From a virus: DNA of 64,000 nucleotides. The position numbers were made by a program, and so were the translations under genes. The DNA lies in the IMG/VR virus record IMGVR_UViG_3300027782_000058, positions 27,080 to 91,079 of that record, one strand, 5' to 3'. The stretch's first letter is position 1. Every line of letters starts with the position of its first letter. The notes below the pieces were generated by a model. The model did not search any database. It saw only the letters and a list, made by a program, of their open reading frames with translations, and was not told the origin of the DNA. Below, piece after piece: positions 7,837 to 15,900 of the stretch.

Positions 7837-7899
7837 GCTCACGGCTCACGGCCTACGGCTCACGGCCTACGGCTCACGGCTCACGGCCTACGGCCTACG
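7837..7899 (+). repeat. Nine tandem heptamers, GCTCACG/GCCTACG
   Basis: Counted directly. Confidence 0.9.
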
Positions 7900-7903
7900 G
7901 CCC

Positions 7904-8068
7904 CCCGTACTTACGGTCACCGCCCTCCCGGACGTGTGGCAGGCCCTGCAGCCTGCCGCCGGATGGCTCACTACCGCGTGGACTGTGGTCGACGGTGCGG
8001 GCCGTGAGTACCGTAGCGACTCCCCCGCCGACGCGGTGGCCTCTACAGGGCAGGAAGGTAGGCCCTAG
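7904..8068 (+). pseudogene. Possible headless cassette gene remnant
   Basis: Protein-like frame (VLTVTALPDVWQ...WTVVDGAGREYRSDSPADAV) followed by a cassette-type terminator at 8081-8117, but no promoter or RBS. Confidence 0.35.
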
Positions 8069-8140
8069 GCCCACGACTCGGAAGGCCCCGACACCCGCGA
8101 GGGAGTCGGGGTCTTTCGTTGTGTCCATGCTCACGCGCAC

Positions 8141-8680
8141 TAACGCACGTTAACGCGCGTTAGCGCGCGTTAGGAATGAGCGACAGGACATGCCCCTATG
8201 CCCCTCAGAGAGGCTCTAGAGCATTAGAACACCCTCATCCTCATGTTCCCCCAGACTCACCCTGACAGGCCCTCAGAGAGGCTCTAGAGCCTCAGGGCAG
8301 GAAGGCAGGGCAGGAAGGTAGGGCAGGGGCTTCCTGTCGGGAGGTAGGGGCAGGGAGGCAGGGGCAGGCAGGCAGGGAGAGAGAGAGAGAGAGGGCAGGG
8401 ACACTCGACAGGCTCACTCGACAGGCTCGACACACTCGACTGACCCTCGACTCGACTCGACTCACTCGACAGGCAGGCACTCGACTCGACTCACTCGACA
8501 GGCAGGCACTCGACTCGACTCACTCGACAGGCAGGCAGGCAGGCACTCGACTCGACACACTCGACACACTAGACATGGCCCTCGACAGGCAGGAAGGCAG
8601 GCAGGGGAAAGGTTTTTTCCCTGCCCTAGTATGTCCGTTTTGCTCTTGATGTCCGTTTTGATCCTTTCTGTCCGTTTTGT
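8141..8680. repeat. Non-coding nested repeat block
   Basis: 10-mer x3 (8141-8173); 21-bp direct repeat (8202-8222, 8270-8290); GGCAGG/(GA)n tract; about 18 CTCGAC including a 29-bp unit x3 (8451-8537); TGTCCGTTTTG x3 (8632-8679). Confidence 0.9.
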
Positions 8681-8801
8681 ACGAAACGATCAGGGGAGGC
8701 CCGCCACATAAGCAGAGCCCACTCACACGCCTAACGAATTTCAACTAAAGGTTCACTTTTTTGCTTGCATCGTCCAACTTCTTCGCCCTAGACTCATCCC
8801 C

Positions 8802-9266
8802 ATGACGCTTCCAGAAGAGGAGACCCTCCTCCTCCGCTCGCTCTCTCAACCAGACCTTCACCCGCGTCTGAAGGCGCTCAACTCCGTTGGCTGGCCGATC
8901 TCGACTCTCGCCAACGCACTCTCCCCCGCACGACCGAAGGCGACCGTCCACTACTGGATCTCCAGATGCCACACGTCCGACCGCCTCGACATCCCGCTCC
9001 CCCACCCCCTCAAGCGCGAGAAGGCAGCACGTCCAGTACGTCCAACCGTCTCCCCGGAGGACGCCGCCACGCTCCGCTCCCTGTCGCAACTCGCACGCCG
9101 CCACCGAGCCCGCCAGCGCCCCGACGCGCCTCAGGCCATCGCGTCCCGAGAACTCACCATCCTCGCCGCACAACTGAACTCCACGGGCGTGCCCACCGCC
9201 GCAATCGCCAAGGCGGCAGGAATTTCCTATCGCGCCATGCACAAAAGGATCACAAACTCTGGTTGA
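8802..9266 (+). CDS. Double helix-turn-helix DNA-binding protein
   Basis: GWPISTLANAL...KATVHYW and GVPTAAIAKAAGISYRAMHKRI; TTGCAT-N18-TAGACT ends 7 nt before the ATG (leaderless). Confidence 0.75.
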   Translation: MTLPEEETLLLRSLSQPDLHPRLKALNSVGWPISTLANALSPARPKATVHYWISRCHTSDRLDIPLPHPLKREKAARPVRPTVSPEDAATLRSLSQLARRHRARQRPDAPQAIASRELTILAAQLNSTGVPTAAIAKAAGISYRAMHKRITNSG

Positions 9267-9274
9267 ATAGGCTA

Positions 9275-9655
9275 ATGCGCGTACGAGCAGATGTCTTCCC
9301 AGCGATCATCGTCGTGACGCCCAACGGCTCTGTGTCCGAGGACACCATCCAGTCCCTCTCCGCACGCAACACCGCGACGTATCCCGAGGGTGCCCGACGC
9401 CTCGACCGCTGCCGGGTCGCAATCATCCAAGACACGATCCTCGTAGCAGTCGACTCGCCGACCGGACCGACCCTCGTCTTCCGCGACGACATCTCCTACC
9501 ACTCCAAGGACGCCACCCGAGAGCATCGGGCCGTGACCGTCTCGGGCAAGGGCCTCGCGTTCATCAAGGACGAGAACTGCGGCTGCGGATCGCGCCTCCG
9601 CAGTTGGAACCCCTACGGCGCTACCGTGACCGCCTACGCGGAGGACTCCGAATGA
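9275..9655 (+). CDS. Hypothetical protein (CGCGSRLRSWNP)
   Basis: ATG 9275 just after the previous stop; ATGA overlap with the next gene. Confidence 0.75.
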   Translation: MRVRADVFPAIIVVTPNGSVSEDTIQSLSARNTATYPEGARRLDRCRVAIIQDTILVAVDSPTGPTLVFRDDISYHSKDATREHRAVTVSGKGLAFIKDENCGCGSRLRSWNPYGATVTAYAEDSE

Positions 9656-9954
9656 CCCAGCAGCGAAGCCTCGTCTCACTCGCCATCTCCGGGCTTGCCA
9701 CCTACCGCGCCACACGACTCGTGACGACCGACCAGATCACCGCCCCGATCCGCGACCGCGTCTGGGAGAAGCATCCCCCGCACACGTCAAAAATTGGATA
9801 CCTTTTCACATGTGACTGGTGTACGTCAATCTACGTCGCATCAGCACTTGAGATTTCCCGTATCATTGCACCTAGGTTGACCTCCAGTGCCGAGACAGTC
9901 CTCGCCCTCTCTGCCGTGGCAGGTCTGCTGTCCGCGCACGAGGACGACATCTAG
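9652..9954 (+). CDS. DUF1360-like membrane protein
   Basis: LATYRATRLVTTDQITAPIR...GYLFTCDWCTSIY. Confidence 0.8.
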   Translation: MTQQRSLVSLAISGLATYRATRLVTTDQITAPIRDRVWEKHPPHTSKIGYLFTCDWCTSIYVASALEISRIIAPRLTSSAETVLALSAVAGLLSAHEDDI

Positions 9955-9995
9955 AGGTCTTCGCGCTCCGACACAACGAGATTGAGAAGGGCCAA

Positions 9996-11660
9996 GTGGG
10001 AATCTTCCGCAGTGAGTCAGACAGTCCGTCGAGCGGACTCGTCCCTGTCATCTCGCCCGCACGCTCCCTCTCGTACTCGGCACCCCGCTCCCTGACGGCT
10101 GCCGCCGCCCAGATCAAGGTCAATGACAAGGGCGAGTTTGAGCAGTTCAAGTCACGCCGCAGCGCCGGTTCCAGCGCGTGGCAGGCAGAGGCTTGGGAGT
10201 ACTACGACGCCATCGGTGAAGTGAAGTACGCCTTCAACCTCGTTGCTTCCGTTGTCTCCCGAATTCGCATCTACTCGGCCATCGTCGAGGATCCCAGCCA
10301 GACTCCCGTGTCCGTCACCGCGTCCCCCAAGGTAGACGCGCGTCTGGCACAGGCCGCAGAGCGCGCGCTTGACCGCCTGACCAGCGCCTACGGTGGCCAG
10401 CCCGGACTCCTGCGCGACGCCGCGCTGAACCTGAGCGTCGCAGGCGAGTGCTACCTCATCCAGATCCCCGCCCAGATCAGCACCGGCACCCCCGAGTCGT
10501 GGGACATCCGGAGCATCGACGAGGTGAAGACCGACCCGCGTGGCGGGTACTCGGTAATCGGACGCCGTGAGGCCGCGAACTCCAACCAGCAGTCAGGTTC
10601 CGCTCGCAGCCTAGGCTCCAAGGCGTTCGTTGGTCGCATCTGGCGCTCGCACCCCCGCTACTCCGACGAGGCTGACTCGTCCCTGCGCGGCCTTCTGGAC
10701 CTGTGCGCCGAACTCCTGCTGCTCAACCGCACCTTCCGCGCCACCGCACGCAGCCGCCTCAACGCTGGCGCGCTCTACCTGCCTGACGGCTTGTCCGTCG
10801 CGGCTCAGGGCGACCCAGACATCTACGAGGATGACTCGGACCTGAACCCTCCGTACACGCAGGAGGAGGCTGAGGACGAGTTCGAGGAGCAGTTGATCGA
10901 CGCGATGACGACGCCGATCCGCGACGAGGAGTCCGCCTCCGCCGTCGTGCCGCTGATCATTCGCGGTCCTGCCGAATTGGGTGACAAGATCAAGCAGTTC
11001 AAGTTCGAACGGTCCTTCGACCCGGCTCTGGCCGAGCGCTCCGACCGCGTGCTTGAGCGCATCCTGCAGGGTCTGGATGTCCCCAAGGATGTCATCACGG
11101 GGCTGGCGAACGTCAAGTACAGCAACGCACTGCAGATTGACGAGAGCCTGTACAAGGCTCACATCGAGCCGCTGATGCTGCTGATCGTTGACGCGCTGAC
11201 CGTCGTCTACCTGCGTCCCTACCTCGTAGCCTCCGGCTTCGCCCCCGACGAGGTTGACCGGATCGTCGTCTGGTACGACCCCTCAGCCGTCTCCACGCGC
11301 AACGACCGCGCATCGGATGCTGACGCCGGGTACGACCGCTACGCCGTGTCACTCGACACTTGGCGTCGGGCGCATGGCTTCTCAGATGCTGACGCTCCCA
11401 CGCCCAACGAGTTGGCGATCCGCATGCTCGCAGAGCGCGGCACCCTGACCCCTGAACTCACCGAGGCCATGCTCTCGGCCCTCGCCCCTCAGGTCATGGA
11501 GGCCGTGCGCGCCGCTCAGCAGGGTGCCAGCGCCGGAGCAATCCCACCGGAGGTTCAGCAGTTGCTCAAGGCTCAGGGGCAGCAGCCCGGCGCAGCGCCA
11601 GAAGCCCCGGCTCCAGCACCAGCACCCGCACCAGAGCAGGGCGGTCAGCCCAATGCCTGA
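9996..11660 (+). CDS. Portal protein
   Basis: WQAEAWEYYDAIGEVKYA, LSVAGECYL, GRIWRSHPR and GLDVPKDV motifs as in cluster-B-type actinophage portals; first large gene of the head operon. Confidence 0.85.
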   Translation: MGIFRSESDSPSSGLVPVISPARSLSYSAPRSLTAAAAQIKVNDKGEFEQFKSRRSAGSSAWQAEAWEYYDAIGEVKYAFNLVASVVSRIRIYSAIVEDPSQTPVSVTASPKVDARLAQAAERALDRLTSAYGGQPGLLRDAALNLSVAGECYLIQIPAQISTGTPESWDIRSIDEVKTDPRGGYSVIGRREAANSNQQSGSARSLGSKAFVGRIWRSHPRYSDEADSSLRGLLDLCAELLLLNRTFRATARSRLNAGALYLPDGLSVAAQGDPDIYEDDSDLNPPYTQEEAEDEFEEQLIDAMTTPIRDEESASAVVPLIIRGPAELGDKIKQFKFERSFDPALAERSDRVLERILQGLDVPKDVITGLANVKYSNALQIDESLYKAHIEPLMLLIVDALTVVYLRPYLVASGFAPDEVDRIVVWYDPSAVSTRNDRASDADAGYDRYAVSLDTWRRAHGFSDADAPTPNELAIRMLAERGTLTPELTEAMLSALAPQVMEAVRAAQQGASAGAIPPEVQQLLKAQGQQPGAAPEAPAPAPAPAPEQGGQPNA

Positions 11661-12909
11661 TAGGAAGGCCCCTCCGGGGGACAGGATCAAAGGCTCTGAG
11701 AGCAATCGTCCGAAGAGTTCGGAGAGCCAGAGTTCCGCGCGTTCCATCGAGTTCTCCGAGGCAACCGAGAAGGCGCTCCAGAACAAGGTTGAGAAGAACA
11801 ACGAGGACGCTTCCACTGCCAAGAAGACATCGCTCGCCACCCTCAAGGCTGTGTACCGCCGTGGCGCTGGTGCGTTCTCGTCTAGTCACCGACCCGGAAT
11901 GACGAGGAACCAGTGGGCGATGGCCCGCGTCAACGCATTCCTTTATCTGCTGAACAACGGTGCCCCTGAGAACAAATCTTATGTGTCGGACAACGATCTG
12001 CTGCCCACTGGGCACCCCCGCTCGACGAGGAAGAAGGAGAGCATGAGCCTGAGCCCGAACTCCAAGGACGCCCGGATGATCTACTTCGGCGCTGATACGG
12101 AGGAAGCGATCTCAACCCGCGTCTCCGCCTACAACGCCAAGGCTCCCAAGGGCTTCGAGGTCTCGCTGCCCACAGCCCGCGCTGTCTTCCGTCGCGGCGC
12201 TCTGGCGATGACCGCCTCAGGCACCAGCCGCCGCACTCGCAACGACTGGGGCTTCGCCCGTCTCGATGCGTTCCTGTCCCTCGTGCGACACGGACGCCCA
12301 CACAACCCTTCGTACACTGAGGACAATGACCTGATTCCGCTCACTGCCAGCGCCGCTCGCAGCGAGGAGAACGCTGCAGGCACCGTCACTGGTGAGGAGA
12401 GCGATCTGGCCGGTGCTCTTCTGGACATCGCAGAGAAGTACGGCAAGTTCAACCAAGACGCCACCGGCATCTGGGCCGGGTACGTCCCTGCAGCGGAGAA
12501 CGAGGTTGCTGAGATCGGTGTGATGTGCGCCAACTGCGTGCTCTACCGTGGCGAGGACCAGTGCGCGATCATCGCGCTTCCGGTGGAGCCTGCGGGTCGC
12601 TGCCGTTTCGCGGTCATCCCAGATGGTGTCGTGAAGCCCGAGCCGCCCATCGAGGATGAGGTGCGCGCACTTCCGAATCTCATCTCGTTCATCAAGGAGC
12701 AGGACGACTACGAGTCGAACGAAGACGCGATTCTTGACATGACCGAGTACTCCGGTCTCGGCTATGACGCGGAGCCTGCCATTCGTGCTGCGTGGATTCG
12801 TGCCACGAATGATGACTCAGATCCATTCAAGCGTGCATTATCTATGGCAGAATTGACAGACCAAAGCATTGACGCCGACCTACTGCCCCGCTTTGAGAAG
12901 GGTGTCTAG
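11653..12909 (+). CDS. Head-region protein: two DUF5824-like repeats plus a HiPIP-like 4-Cys motif
   Basis: LKAVYRRGAGAFSSSHRP...QWAMARVNAFL with a second degenerate copy; CANC...C...C; ATG 11653 overlaps the portal stop. Confidence 0.75.
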   Translation: MPDRKAPPGDRIKGSESNRPKSSESQSSARSIEFSEATEKALQNKVEKNNEDASTAKKTSLATLKAVYRRGAGAFSSSHRPGMTRNQWAMARVNAFLYLLNNGAPENKSYVSDNDLLPTGHPRSTRKKESMSLSPNSKDARMIYFGADTEEAISTRVSAYNAKAPKGFEVSLPTARAVFRRGALAMTASGTSRRTRNDWGFARLDAFLSLVRHGRPHNPSYTEDNDLIPLTASAARSEENAAGTVTGEESDLAGALLDIAEKYGKFNQDATGIWAGYVPAAENEVAEIGVMCANCVLYRGEDQCAIIALPVEPAGRCRFAVIPDGVVKPEPPIEDEVRALPNLISFIKEQDDYESNEDAILDMTEYSGLGYDAEPAIRAAWIRATNDDSDPFKRALSMAELTDQSIDADLLPRFEKGV

Positions 12910-12911
12910 CA

Positions 12912-15900
12912 GTGAAGGACAACATCGATGGCGCAAGCGCCAAGTCGACAGCCCGACTCAATGCTCGGATTGATGCGCTGGTCGCGTCTGCGAATGATGG
13001 AACCCCGGCCCAGCGTCGGGTGAACCTTGGTGCTGCCCGTGAGGTGGTCCGACGCTCGCTGAAGTCAACACAGGGTAGGGCATTCTCTCAGCGCGAACAC
13101 ATCGCACTGACAGCGCTCTCGCACTTCATCACTCTGGCACAGCGTGACAAGTCAGTCGCGCTCTACCCGGCCAACACTGACCTTCTTCCTCTCGGCCACC
13201 CCCGGTCGACCGCTTCCAACGCCCTCACAGCCTTCGCCCTCCGCGAGCACCGCGCTCGCTGGTTTGCCGCTGACCACCGCGTCTTGGACGAGCACCGCGC
13301 GCTGGTTGCGTCTGCTCTTGCTGCTGAGTACGGCTCGATGGAGCACTTCTACGCGCTCTCGATGCTGGAGCAACTGAACGATGGCTCCGCCCTCGTTGCC
13401 CTCGTTGCATCCTTCGGTGACGGCAACTCGCGTGCTGCCCGTTCGGCTCGTGCCCGTCGTCAGCGCCGCGACCGTTTCGGTCGATTCGCCTATCAAGGCG
13501 GCGGTCTCCGCAGCCTTCTCCGCTTCGGAGACGGCAGCGTTCGCTCGCTCACTGGTAGTTATGTCAAGGACTCTGATGACGGTGAGTCGTTTGATGTCGA
13601 GACCCCGGACGGAACCCTCTACCGGATCCCAGCGAGCAAGGCCGAGTCTGTCAAGGCCGTACTTTTTGACAGTCCCGATGGCTTCAGTCCCATGCCCGCC
13701 AAGTATGACTCATCTGATCCGATCATCGACGTTGCTGACCTTGTCAAGATTGACATGCCATCCGGCTACATCGAGAAGTCTCGCGACAAGGATGGATCGG
13801 TCACATACGGTCTGGCCAATGGTGACGACTACCTGATTCGTGCGACTCCTGCAGGCAACGGCACGACTGCGTACGAGGTCGTGCGGAATGATGGCAAAGA
13901 CACCCCGGTTGGTCTTGCCAGCAACTGGTCTGACGTACACAAGATGGTTGTGCAAGACGGCAAGAAGGCCAACCGCGAGGACGCCGCCAAGGCTCGTCTT
14001 GAGGGCAAGTCCGGTCCTGAGTCTGACTACCTAGACTTCCTTCCCGATGTCAACATCGCGGCCAAGGATGAGGGCAGCGAGGTTCGTCGTCAGGCACAGT
14101 CGATCATGGACTTCTTCGAACTGGATGAACTTCCAGATGGAATGTCCGCCCAGCAACTGGCCGACCGCACACGTCTGAACGCTGATGCTCTCAAGGATGG
14201 CTCGCTCAAGGGCGGCGAAGACCTCGCTCAGGACTTCTACGACGCTGCTGACGCCATCGAGCGCAAGTCTGGTCTCGCCAAGCCCGAGAAGAAGGCCGAC
14301 CTGACCCCCGCTCCCTCCACTGCCCCAGCCCCCGAGGCCGGTAAGTGGGAGCCCAGCGACACCCGCATTGACCTGCCCTACAAGGAACCGATCATCGGCC
14401 CGGACGGCAACCTGACCGGAGAGTACAAGGACGGAACGGCGAATATCGTAGACATCAATGGCCGCAAGGTCGTGGTGGTGGATATCAACGGAACTCCTGT
14501 CCCCTTCTACCTGTCTTCCGGCGACGGCGGCAAGAAGGATGTAGAGGCTGGTAAGTGGTACCCCTTCTTCGGCTGGGGCATGGACGGCTGGATGAACAAG
14601 GGTAAGTCCGACGAGATCAACGACTACTACGGGTCTCCTGAACTCCGGGCGCAGGCCGAGTGGCTCGACGCGAACATCGGAGATATCCGAGACGACAAGA
14701 GCATCCCGCGCGATTCCTCAAGTCAGGGCAACCTCGACATGTGGATCAACGATCACGTTGGTCTCAAGCCTGCATCCAACGACACCCCCACCACACGCAC
14801 TGAGTTCGACGCAAACGTCGCTGAGATCAAGCGTCGGATTGAAGCAGGCAATGGTGGCTCCAACAAGGAGCAGGCCCGCCTAGATGCCACTCCTACTCCA
14901 GAGTCAGGAGGCACATCGGCCTCACCGGAGCAGATCGCCGAACTCCGCAGGCTGATGGACGAGCGTAATGTTCGTGATAACGTTCCCGATCTTGCCGATG
15001 GCATCGAAAAACTGATCGCGGACAACACCCTAGGTAAGGAACAAGCAGACCGGCTGATCAGTGGAATCAGGGAAAACCGGGACGTGTTCCCTGAGCCCGA
15101 CACCACTCCCGAGAAGGCTCCCAGTAAGTCCGACGACTTCAACGCACCTGAGGGCGCTTACGCGCTGAACCAGACTGCAATCGACAACTTCGAGCCTCAG
15201 GGTCGCGTAGATGAGAGCAGTACGGACTTCACCGACGACCCCTCCGAACTCGCGCAGCGGTTCGACACAGATGACCTGACGGCTGCTCTTGAGCAGGCCC
15301 TCATCGGTGAGGACGGCGCTGACGGCGACGTTCAGGGCCGTGGTGCTGGCAATCTCCAGTTCAACAGGGGAGACGAGTGGGTTCCTGCTGAGGCGCTTTA
15401 TCAAGCACTCGACCAGCAGGACGAGGATGCCCGCGCCATCGCCAACGATATCTACGACAGTGCGCGCAAGGGTCAGATGAAGGAGCAGGCCCGCCTTGAC
15501 GGTGCTCCGCTTCCTGAGAAGGCGACCAAGGATGAGACTCCCGTCTCTGCCCCCGAGAAGCCAGCGGCGCAGTCTGAGATGAAGCCTCTTAAGGAACTGA
15601 AGAAGGGAGATGTGGTTCGCTTAGAGGACGGCACTCTTCGCACTGTCTCTGAGGTCTATGGCGTCCGTAGTTACAATTCGAGGACCAACAGTTTCGATGG
15701 ATCCACCGAGGTCGAATTCACTGACGGCTCTACCATGCGTCGTTCTAACGAGGATGCGCGGAACAAGCCTGACTTCGAGGTAGTTTCGTCCGAGTCCGAG
15801 TCCGGCGTCAACATTCCAGAGAATCTCCCTAGCCTGCTGGAAGACCTGTCTCCAGAGGACCGCGCTAACTACGAGCAGACCGGCGACTACCGTCCCTACC

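Noticed and set aside
339-8117. CRISPR array or integron attC array
   Set aside because: The repeats are degenerate promoter, RBS and terminator elements spaced by whole genes. There are no identical 25-45 bp repeats, no attC R/L boxes and no integrase or cas operon.
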